A DNA stretch of 64,000 nucleotides from Chara braunii. Taxonomy: Eukaryota > Plantae > Charophyceae. Location: assembly GCA_003427395.1 (NCBI GenBank), contig BFEA01000041.1, positions 4,533,545 to 4,597,544 on the forward strand, in the 5' to 3' direction. The notes beneath the pieces are model-generated. The model saw only the letters and a list, made by a program, of their open reading frames with translations, was not told the DNA's origin and did no database searches. The first letter of the stretch is position 1, and each line of letters starts with the position of its first letter. Of the stretch, positions 50,859 to 61,291 are shown in pieces. The position numbers and the translations under genes are program-made.

Positions 50859-53158
50859 TGTGACGAACCAATTTCTGTTCCGCGCGTTCCGCGCGATTTT
50901 CTCCGCGATAACAATGAGGGGTCCTAAGATGGGAAGGTTCGGCCAATTACGGGAAATCGGGATCGAAGGGAAATTGCATCAGTGTCCTCGCTTCTTCGTC
51001 TTCTTGCGTCGCTTCTTTTCAGATGGCTGGGTTCAGGTCTGGGCAAGTTCTGGGATGATCGGTTGAGAGGCGCGCCGATGTGCACGCGAGTAATAATGGT
51101 TGACGTCATCTCTTTTTGTTTTGGCTGTCGGAATTTAAGCGCGGAGATCGCGCGGGAATTTTGCTTCGTTCTTTTTTAATTTTCTTTTAAATTCCTTTTG
51201 AATCTTGTCAAGCCTTGACGGCTCTCGAAACTTAGGATTTTCTTCTCGAAATTTGTGCTTTTTGCGTTTTCGCATTAGATAGGAATTTTGGAATTAAGGA
51301 TTTCATTTTGCCGCGCAACGCCTTTTGCTTGCGCGCTTCTTTTTGCGGCTGCAATGGAGCTTTGATTAGTCGGCACCCTTAATCTTGCAAGTAACCGTAA
51401 TTTTGGGCGGACGCCATTGTAACTGTATCTTTCTTCTTGAGCTTCGTCTTTCCCGCTCTCTCTCTTTCCCTTTTGCTGTGCCTAGTTAGCCCGCGGCCTG
51501 CATGCTCGGATCGATGCGTGGACTCCGTGGAGAGTGGCTACGTCCCCCACGCCACGGTCTGGTCATGCAAGACGTAGGCGCTCCCTCTCCTAATCTCCTT
51601 TCTAAGTCCTTGCAATTCTGTGTTCTTCGCGCTTGCATGCACGCTATAAATTTCGGTTGCACGATTAGATAGCTCCCTTAACCAGTTGCTGGAAGCTCGG
51701 GGTAGCGCGATCAGTGAGGGTTGCGCGGGGTTGACGTGTGGGGCTACGACGGACTGTAACGCGTGGGCGAACCTGACGGGTGTAGGAAGACTATGCGGGG
51801 TGACGACTTCGTGGGTTGGTGCGTGATGACAGACTATCCGCATCAGAGAGAGAGGAAGAGGAAGAGAGAGCTGAGGTTGACGGGCGTGGATTTGCAATTT
51901 TCTTTGTCTTTTCCTTTAGTTTGTATATAAGTTTTGATTTCGGCTCGAGCGATTCGCTCTCATTTCCCTTCGGCATCTTTGTTTCAATACTAGTCCTTGT
52001 ATGATGTCTCGTTCTGTCTCGGTCCTCCCTCTTTTGTGTGTATGAGACGAACTAGCTGAGATGGAATGATATGTTTGTCGAATTTGCCTAGTCATCATCG
52101 TTGATTTTTCACTGTGATCCGCTGATTGATGTGATATGAGTTCTGATTATTGTTGCGATGTCTGGTGTGTGCTGACACCTTGCATGCTCGGAAATGACTA
52201 CTGAATGATTAGATGATTGGATAGTATCCAGGATACGTGACGATTTTGCATGAGGGATCAAGTTCTCATTTAGGTAGCCAAGAGGCCCGGGTGCTAGCGA
52301 ACACCTCGTGTGGATACGTGTAAGCGCGATCTGAAGCGTGCTGCCCACACGTGTCCACACGCGGCGAGTCGCGATCGTGGGGAACCTGGCACCTCCGGTA
52401 TCATGATAGGCGAGGAATTCCCCACTATGTCGCAATGACAAGATGTCGGATACATGGGACTCAGGGTACTTCGAGCCTTGGGAAGAAAAAGAATATCGTA
52501 GGCGAAGATGCCCGGAATTCCCCTGCCTGACCGAGAACAGATTGTGCCCCAGGGAGTTCCACTGCGCCGTAACCAGTGATCCAAGGTGCCCCGATTACCC
52601 GACTACGTATAACACGCAATACTTCATATCCCTTGGCTTCGTCGTTATCGCTACCAATTTCCCTCCCTTCCGTCTCCTCCTTCCGTATAACCAACTCACG
52701 GTGGTACCGTGGAATTCCATCGCCCCACACTGGCCCCGCATGCCGTGCAGGAATTGCAGACGACGCGGCCACCGCCGAACCCTTGGAACTTCGGAACCCA
52801 ATCATAACGCGCGGGGACAGACGCCACGTGTCTGCACCCGAAGGTCCGACTCATAAGAATCACGACCATCACGGACGGGCCTCTCCCCGAACCGCCGCCC
52901 CTAAAACAGACGGATTGGACGGCCCTGGATGCACCACGCATTCCATCTGCCTTATGCTGCACGACATCGACCGCCATCAGATCGGAAGTAACTCGCCCCT
53001 TAGCTCTATTGAATCTATGCCCATGAACCCTTGCCACAAGAGATCTCAGTTCCGACTTGGGACTCCACCCCCACTTTCCCCAAAAATCCTTGGCACACCC
53101 CTTTTCGCACTTCCAAGCCCTCATCCCACTCCGATCAGGAAGTCGCGACGGGCGTGAG
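50859..53158 (+). repeat. 5' LTR of element B (~2.3 kb)
   Basis: Matches 61292-63072 up to 52616. The right end is inferred from the PBS and a degenerate GGGCGTGA end without the terminal CA. Confidence 0.75.
52443..52856 (+). CDS. 137-aa LTR-embedded Cys-rich ORF, unknown function
   Basis: Open ATG-to-stop frame with protein-level similarity to 12663-13150 and a CRNCRRRGH motif. Confidence 0.6.
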   Translation: MSDTWDSGYFEPWEEKEYRRRRCPEFPCLTENRLCPREFHCAVTSDPRCPDYPTTYNTQYFISLGFVVIATNFPPFRLLLPYNQLTVVPWNSIAPHWPRMPCRNCRRRGHRRTLGTSEPNHNARGQTPRVCTRRSDS

Positions 53159-53160
53159 GT

Positions 53161-53173
53161 TGGTATCGGAGCC
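53161..53173 (+). promoter_or_regulatory. Primer binding site, initiator tRNA-Met type
   Basis: TGGTATCGGAGCC versus the canonical TGGTATCAGAGC, 145 bp upstream of the gag ATG. Confidence 0.8.
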
Positions 53174-53305
53174 CGACACATGGCTAGGTTCTAGGATTCA
53201 TAGCTGGGCGATCTGACTAACAGGGGATGACCTCGACCCCGGAACGCGCTTCGAAGCGACCCTATCGTTACCAGAAGTCGGTCTACGGCTTGACGGGCGG
53301 TCAAC

Positions 53306-56300
53306 ATGAACGCTAATCAACAGAACCCGAATCCCCAACAGAACCCCAACCAACCGATAAATCCTAATCAACCCGCACCACGAGCACGAGCTCCCATGAC
53401 GCCACCCGATCTCTATCTATTCGATCCTGCACATCACCTTGTTGGAGCATGGTTAGCCACGCTCCAGGCTCAGCAGTATGATGATAATGAGGCACAAGTG
53501 AACATTCCCACTCGATTGGGGGGAGATGCCCATCATTGGTTCAACACCTATGTATGGGTGGACCTCCCGACATTCGAGCGAGACTTCCTAAACCGATTTG
53601 ATTATATTCATCCAAAACAAACCCTTTTTATGATCAAAGATCGAGTCCAAAAACCCCTTGAGTCTGTCCCCGAGTATCGAAACCGATTCTATAGGATGTT
53701 TGTGAAAACAGAACCGTGACGAGGCGAACAGGTAGGCAGAGATGTATTCATCGACGGACTTTACGGACGAACGATGGGGGCGAAACAGCGAAAACAATTC
53801 TCCCACATCAATCACACTCTGCAACAGATCATGGAAGCCGCAAAAGAAATGGAATGATAGTTCGCTGCAAGTTTCCTAGAAGGGGAAGACTATCCTAGGG
53901 AAGGAGACTCGTCCGAAATAGCGAGAGTTAAAGCTGAGTTGGCCGCACTTCGGAACAAATTTGAAAACATGGGGTTTGTGTCGGGCCCCGTCACCTATCT
54001 GGAACAGATTCGTCCCAAACGGCCGGTCTCGAGTGTGATTACAAGCATGCCCGTTCCCGTAATGACAACACCCCCGCCTCCGATCGAAAGTCCCCCACGA
54101 CCGAATGAGTCTTCCGCCCTATTGGAACTAACCAAGACACTGGTTACTCTAATTCAGGAAAGCGAAAAGGAACAGCAGGAACATAATGCTCGAATAGAGG
54201 CAATGATGAGGTCGATGCGACCAATAGCGGTGCGTGCCGCGCCGCTTCAACACGGACTGGCTCCGACACCCCCTCCCGCAGGGATCCCTTAGGCTGGTAA
54301 TCTGAACGTCTGTTATACGTGTCATCAACCAGGACACATAGCCCGAGATTGCCCCCATCGACCTCCGCAGCCGCAAGTCGAGGCTGCACCTGTAGCAGCA
54401 GCACCGATCGCTAACGGGCCGGGACAAATAAGGGCGCTGATGGAAGAAATGGAAGGAGGTGGAAACACATTACCTACAATGGAGGAAGCTGCTGAACTAA
54501 TCTCGTTGGATCAGTACGTAACGCTCAGACATCCGAGGCTTGGGATGATTGGAGCGATTAGACCCGCGCCGGAACAAAGGGAAGTGGCGGAACGACGACC
54601 CTCTCCCGGAGAGAGGAGTCGGGAGGACCCACCTTCGTCACTGGGGAGATCCATCTTTTGAACATTGTTCGAGCCTTAGATCATCGGATTCCTCTTCCGA
54701 TTGGTCATTTACTTTCGATATCGGAACAAGCCAACGAACGGATGCAACATGGCAAGGCGAATCGGTGCCCGGACAGCGAACACGAAAGCAAAAAGTCCAA
54801 CACAAGACGAAAAAGTTGTCGGCATTTCAGACCCAATACGACTAGGATTAATCCAAAAGGAAGACCACTTCCTACGAATTAAACCAATCCCATGGAAATC
54901 CACAAAGTGCGACATCGAGATATGGGGAGTCCCGTACAATGCCATTATCGATTCTGGAGCCGTTGTTTTGGCTATCTCATTACGGGTAGTCGAAAGGGCC
55001 GGAAGAAAGAACGATCTGATCGTGCTTGCGAAAAAAGATCAGCTCGTTTCAGCAGACGGAGAGCAAATTAAAACAGTGGGACGGATGACCAATGTTGCCG
55101 TCCGATCAGGAAAAATGCATGCTTTAGGAGACATCGTAGTTTTAAACGTAAACACTTACGACGTCCTTTTTGGACTTCCCGCTCTTGTGGCCTTGCGAGC
55201 CAATCTGAATTTCGGGAGGTGATCGATTGTCCTCTGGAATATAGGAGGAAAGCCCTATGTTGTACCTATGAGGCTAACTCTTCGAACCACGACTAATGTA
55301 ACCCCGCGAGTTTCTCCAATAATGGTGGGAACTCTTCGTGTGATTACCTGGGATAACTCTGCCGACGGTGAGCAATCTCTGAAGGACAGGACAACAGTGA
55401 CGAGGACGATCCAGCAATTTTGGGAATGGCACAACAACGTACCTATTACCCTGTGCAACGGGCAAACACGAAATTACTAAGCCTGACTGACCAAAGTCTA
55501 CAAAGAACGCAAGCCATGATTATGGGTGAACCCCTCGTGCAGATTTCGAGGATGGTCGATTCTTTGGAACCCCCTCGAACCCTGTACGAAGGTATCTCCC
55601 CTTTATTCGTACGATATAATGACAAAAGGCACTACTGCGACATCACAAATCTCCCTCGATCTCTTTTGTCAACTGCAAAAGAGATACGATTGATACGCTT
55701 GGGGGCAGAGACCAATTGTTTGGAACCCCCTGAGCGCCTCGAAACTGGACTCGGAATCAAAATCGCAATGAAACCTATGCCATGGCAGGACATCCAAGAC
55801 GGAATAACGTCGGAAGAACACGTGGCCATTCGGGAGCAGGACGCACAAATGATGGTCACGATATTCTCCTGGCGATCGGATAATTCGTTTATTTCCGCGC
55901 CCCTACCTGAAAGCGCTAAACGGGTAAGTACAAAACAGATCGATGTACGGATATGGGATCAACTGTATGAATTGCACGTGCCTCAATACGTACCTGATGA
56001 AATCCATCACCTAATCGCGGACATTTTGAAGGAATACAAAAGAGTGATTAGTGTGACGGACACAGACATCGGACTGTCGTTAGTCATACAGCACGAAATT
56101 CAGACCGGAAACCATCCCCCGATCCACTGTAAGCCCTACAAGTATTCCCTGGTGGAACGAAAAATGGCCCTTCAGCGAATTCGGGAATTTGAAGCTAATG
56201 GTTGGATCCAACCGGCTACTGGGCCATGGTCATTCCCGGTAGTATTAGTGTCGAAAAAGAACGGATCGATTCGCATATGCATTGATTATCGCAAGCTGAA

Positions 56301-57545
56301 TGACATCACGATTAAAGATGTATACCCCCTTTCCCGGATTGATGATTTGCTTGATGCGATTGGGTGTGCCAATTATTTTAGTAAGTTTGATATCCGTCAC
56401 GACTTCCATCATATCCAGGTTAAGGAGGAAGATCGGCCGAAAACGGCCTTCGTACTATTTGAGGGCACGTGGCAGTGGGTCCGGTGTCCGATGGGTATTT
56501 GCAACGCGCCTGGCAGCATGCCACGTTTCAGCTGGCGATGAACGTGACGTTCCAGAACTTCGTCAACAAGACGCGGCTCACTCAGGGGATGATTAACTTC
56601 TGCGTCATCGTGTACATGGACGACATCCTCATCTACTCGGAGACCTATCACGGGCATGCAGAACATATCGAGTGGACGGTGGGAGCTCTGAGAGATGCTG
56701 GGTTTAAGATCGCACTCGAAAAGAGCGAGTTCTTCCTCTCGAAAATCTCGTTCTTGGGTTACGTGGTGACACGTGGAGGATTGCGGCCAGACTTGAGGAA
56801 GGTCGCGGCGGGGAAGGATGCTCCCATTCCCATGACATTGACGCAGGTTCGTGCTTTTATGGGACTGGCGTCGTACTATCGTCGCTTCATCAAGGGCTTC
56901 ACCGCAATTGCGCGACCTCTAACAAACTTACTGCGGAAGGACCAGCCCCTCAGCTGGGACGCAGAGTGCGAACGGGCCTTCGCCACCCTCCAGGACGCCC
57001 TGGCGACAACACCGATTTTGATCTGGCCGGACCCTACGAAGCAGTTCATTCTTATCACGGACTGGCAGCCAGAGGCTATCTCCGCTATTCTAGCGCAAAA
57101 GGGGAACGACAGCCGAAAACACGTCATCGAGTACGCATCATGCACAGTGCCAGACGAGCGGAGGAACAATTCGGCCCCGCAGGGCGAATGTTACGCAGTG
57201 GTCCGGGGGATTCAACACTTCCATCCGTACTTGTATGGCCAGAAGTTCCTTTTTGTAACCGATCACGAGTCATTACTGGCTCTCAAGAACTTGAAGCTCG
57301 CTACATAAATGGGTATGATTGGACGGTGGGCGGTGCGCCTACAGGAGTACGACTTCGACATCATCCATCGAAAGACAGAAAGGCACGGCAACGCGGACGG
57401 CTTGACATGTCTGCATCGCCCCGCTAAGGTACCTAAGGGCGAAGAAATCATTCCGTGGAAGGAACCAGAATCAGCGAACGGACCCAAGTACGGACAAGTG
57501 GCAGTCCTTCCACGTGGCAAGAAGCAGGCGATTGGCAATCAATGA
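53306..57545 (+). pseudogene. gag-pol: gag-protease-RT-RNase H polyprotein, frameshifted
   Basis: Gag (HWF..FERDFLNRF..QKPLESVPEYRNRF), knuckle CYTCHQPGHIARDC (54311-54352), protease IIDSGA, RT (WSFPVVLV, RICIDYRKLN, KTAF, PMGICNAP, YMDD), RNase H (ITDWQ, GECYA, TDH, NADGL), then a stop. Confidence 0.93.
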
Positions 57546-59102
57546 CAGAGGTAAACTTGTGAATGCCCTCTCTCCCCTCTCATCCTCATCTCTTCTCTCC
57601 CTACCCCACAAATTTTGTTATTTTTGCGAAGCAATTTCGCACGTCTACTCGGTCCCTATGCGTCCTAGTGGGGAGGGATATGCAGAATGGATAGATTGTC
57701 GGCAGTGTGTCGCACGAGCCCATGGCTCGTGTATCCAGTACATAAATAACGATAAGCCTTGGTTGTGTTCCTTGTGTCGGCTTGATAAGATCCCGACCGA
57801 GGCTCGATTTTTTGATGCCACGTCCGTAGGGTTGGAAAAGACCCGAAAGTTTAGACGGGCCGAGGTATGGACGAATATCGCTCTAATAGCTACCTTGGTA
57901 GGAAACCCCCTCCAGGACTTCACTAAAGAAGACCGGAGGAGGGCCAATGAAAGGGCTCAGGACTATCATTGGAACGAGGGCCGGTTGGAAAAATGAAAGA
58001 CGGATGGTAGTGGGATCTGGTTGGTAGTGCCGCACCCGTTCATGAGGTGTGACTGGGTTAAGACGACGCATGAGGAAACTGCAGCCCATTTTGCCGTACG
58101 GATCACGGAAGCGGCAATCGATAAAAATGAATGGTATTGGTCCAACATTTGTGACGATGTGAAATTCATCGTCGCGAACTCCCAGGTCTGCGCTGCTGAC
58201 AAGGCGTCGATTCAGCCGCCAAGATCGATAGTGTCGACGGTAGTCGAACGACCTTTTCATAGGGTTAGCATGGATACTACCGATATTGTGGTGCCCCTTG
58301 GACCTTATAGCTGCGAATATTCAATCCTACTGGTACTTATAGACCACTTCTCAAAATGGATCGAGGCATTTCCGTGTCGTACGCGACAGGCAGCTGAAAT
58401 TGCGCGATACGTCAACCGGTTTTTAGGGATGCATCATGACATAGAGGAGATCCTCACCGATAATGGGGTAGAATTTAGAGAGGAAGTTTTAAGGAATCTG
58501 GTCGTACATGGCGTCGCCCTTCGGAACATTGCACCCCACATGTCACAGTCTAACGACCTGGTAGAAAACACGAATCGGGTGATAAAGACAGCATTGCGAA
58601 CGAAACATCGTGGCACAGGATCTGAGGCCCTGGCCCGATATCGTAGATCACATCCTGGCGGTCCATCGGGGAATGCCTCACGAATCGATGGGCCTTCTAG
58701 CCCCTTCCAATTACGAACCAATAGCGTAGCTTGTGTCTCGATACCGAGCATCCCCGATGAATCTTCATCGAACCGGCGGCCCACAAGAGCCACGGTTCGG
58801 GACAAGGCCAAGTGGCATATGGGGAAATGTGCTCGCCAAGGGAAGATAGCGCCACGATTCTTCGGGCGATTTCGTGTGATTGAGCTCGGCCCGAACGGGG
58901 TGAACACCGTGTGCCTCGTGCCGGAGGTCTCGGGAAGCTGATCGGCATGGCCGATCGTCCACCACGTGTGCTATCTACGTCTTCTCCCTTCCTCTCCATC
59001 TCCAGTTGTGTTTGCTTCCTCGACGACGACTCTCTATCGCTCTCATCCCCCCCTTCATCTCTCGCCCCTTCTCACACCCCGTCCCCATCGCCATCGCCAT
59101 GA
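57542..59102 (+). pseudogene. PHD-finger/integrase ORF of element B
   Basis: PHD at 57616-57777 (CYFC..WIDCRQC-x4-H-GSC..WLCSLC), then THEETAAH..SQVC, MDTTD, LTDNG, SNDLVE and KIAPRFFGRFRVIE. Confidence 0.87.
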
Positions 59103-59509
59103 GTTTTCTCACCGAGCGAGCTCTCGGCGATCACATGTTGGCGCCGCGTGGCGACATTTCGGCAATTCGGCAAGTTCGTCATCCGCGGCTCAGTCCAGAT
59201 CTGCTCCGACTCGCGCAGTTCTTCAGCACTACCGGGGTGTACGCGGCGGCAGAGTTCTAGTTCACGGGCCATCGTCAAGCGGTCGTGTTGGCAGAGGCGA
59301 CGGCGGTTCGACAGTTGTGAGCATCAGGAGTTAGGACGTCGCTAAGGGAGTGGGGCCAACAGCTGGCAACGGAGTGGAATCAGTGGCTTACGCGCCGCGG
59401 CGACAATCTTGTCCCCACAGATGGCATCGACGCCGGAGGGCTTCGAACGTCTCGGCACGAGCCGGCGGTGGTGCTCCCTGAGCTTGTCCCTTTCCAGCAC
59501 CCCCAATGA
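59099..59509 (+). pseudogene. Accessory ORF X1 of element B
   Basis: ATG and final TGA in the same frame with two internal stops. Homologous to 8972-9441. Confidence 0.7.
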
Positions 59510-60456
59510 ACCGCTCCCAGCTCTCTACCTTCGCTCTCCCATCTCTCTTCGCTACCTTCTGGCAATCTAACCTTTGCCCCCGTCTCTCCTTTCGTCTGGA
59601 ATCACTCGTTGTTCCCCTCCTCGATGGAAGACAGTGGGAACGGTGGTGCGGACACTTCGTCAATCTTTCGGTATGTCTGGTCGGAGTACAGCTGACGTGG
59701 ACGAGGGACATAGAGCACCGCGCCGGGAGCGAATACCTGGAGCTGTTGATCATCCAAGCTTGGAGGACGGAGGTGGAAGGAGACCTCCTCGGATTTCTGT
59801 CGGGATCGGTGCGACCCGGCCATCGACAGCTGATCGTACAGGAACTCACGATTCCCCTCGCGCAGCTGGTCGACGATCTCCCTCGCGATTTCGCTTCGCA
59901 GAGTGACGAAAGTCTAGTCCCGCACGTCCTTTCACGAACTCTAACGCCCCACCTGCAGTGGTCGGCCTGCCTCGAGGAGCAGGGCAGTGACAGTAACCCG
60001 CCATCGCAACGAGAATACCTGGACCCACGGAGGATAATCGACCTCGCCTTCTTTCAGCCTCCAACGACCTCCGAGGAAGAAGTGCTAACGCTAGAGGAGG
60101 AAGAAGAAGAGAGCGAGGGAGATGACGACGAGGAAAAAGGAGAAACCCCAGAAGAAGGGAGTTACAGCGAGCATAGAGAGGGAGAACAGAGCGAGGAGGA
60201 GGAAGAAGACGAGGAACAAGAGGAGTGTGAGTGGGAAAGCGTAGGCGAGGAGGCGGGCCGCGCAGAGACCCAGGAGGAAGATCCAGAGGCGGTAGCGCCG
60301 CGCAGAGAAGAGATCGCGGTCGATAAGCAGCCGCTAGAGTACGCGAGTGGGACGGATCTGCCAATCTCGGACGATCCAGCCAAGGATCCGGAGCCACCCA
60401 AGCCAGAGGATGGGGACCTTGCTGCCGAGACTTCGAGCGCACCAGCCCGACGGTGA
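59506..60456 (+). CDS. Accessory ORF X2 of element B (316 aa, folded-looking N-terminal domain plus Glu-rich tail)
   Basis: Uninterrupted ORF whose first ~180 aa align with 9438-~10000. Confidence 0.75.
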   Translation: MNRSQLSTFALPSLFATFWQSNLCPRLSFRLESLVVPLLDGRQWERWCGHFVNLSVCLVGVQLTWTRDIEHRAGSEYLELLIIQAWRTEVEGDLLGFLSGSVRPGHRQLIVQELTIPLAQLVDDLPRDFASQSDESLVPHVLSRTLTPHLQWSACLEEQGSDSNPPSQREYLDPRRIIDLAFFQPPTTSEEEVLTLEEEEEESEGDDDEEKGETPEEGSYSEHREGEQSEEEEEDEEQEECEWESVGEEAGRAETQEEDPEAVAPRREEIAVDKQPLEYASGTDLPISDDPAKDPEPPKPEDGDLAAETSSAPARR

Positions 60457-61042
60457 CGAAGCCGATCCCCCTCCCCCTCCCCCTCCGCCCGTCCACCAGT
60501 TCGAGCTCGTACCGATGCGGGGCATCGGGCTCCGTCCCCGGTCCTTATCCCGTCGTCCCCTTGACCACCTCACCCTGCGCCAGATCACCACCCGCATCAC
60601 CTTCCCCCGCAATCCCTTTCTCATTGACACCTTCCGCTTTTTTTATGTCACCCGTCTTGCTGTCACGGTTCATCCCCANCCCTCTACNCGGTGTGCCACC
60701 CCTGTCTTCTNTCTCCANGCCCTTCTCTTCAGTGCCGCGTGGCGAGGCCACAACATCATCGAGGTTTACTGCATGATCACGGGGACTATCCCCGCATGCG
60801 AAAACCACGATCACTTCCGCACGACACTCTTCCCAACTTTCACCACCCTCTACCCCGACTATCTCGCATCCCTTCCTCATAGTGGTAATCGATTCCCTCG
60901 CTTTCATTGGATCATCCGATATCAGGAGCTTCCGGTGACAGTAGCGAGAATGGAGAATTTCCTACCCCCGCTCCCGACTAACCCACCCCCTCGCCATGCC
61001 CCCATGTATCGTCTTCCCTTTCCTCTTCCCGTCAGTCATTGA
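60453..61042 (+). pseudogene. Accessory ORF X3 of element B
   Basis: LRPRSLSRRPLD..LLFSAAWR..YCMITGTIPACE..TLYPDYLASL..FPR..PPLP. Start inferred, with a frameshift in a C-run. Confidence 0.72.
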
Positions 61043-61291
61043 TGCATGGTTGATCGGCGCGTGCCTCGACGATGGCACGTATAATCCCCTCCTTGGATTG
61101 AAAAGAGTCCTTCCTGAGGAATTTTTAGGAGAGAGTCACGTTTACCACAATGGATGACTTCCACACTCCTTCGCACGGTTGGTGGCAACGTAGAAAGCTC
61201 CGCGTGTCGATCGATTAGGGAGATCAACACGTGTCGTAATGACAAGCAAGCAGGAGCTTGCTTAAGATTGGAACCCCCTGGGCGTCACATA

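Noticed and set aside
52610-52616. Element B LTR ending at TATAACA (52614 and 63070) with CGTTG as TSD
   Set aside because: The upstream CGTTG (50846-50850) is 8 bp from the LTR start, the PBS lies ~550 bp further on, the conserved LTR ORF crosses this point, and another repeat begins at 63074.
59506-60456. X2 as an env gene
   Set aside because: No evident signal peptide, furin site with fusion peptide, or transmembrane anchor. The tail is acidic.
59846-60496. Long antisense ORFs over elements A and B
   Set aside because: They are shadows of GC-rich or low-complexity sense coding sequence and are not conserved between the two elements.
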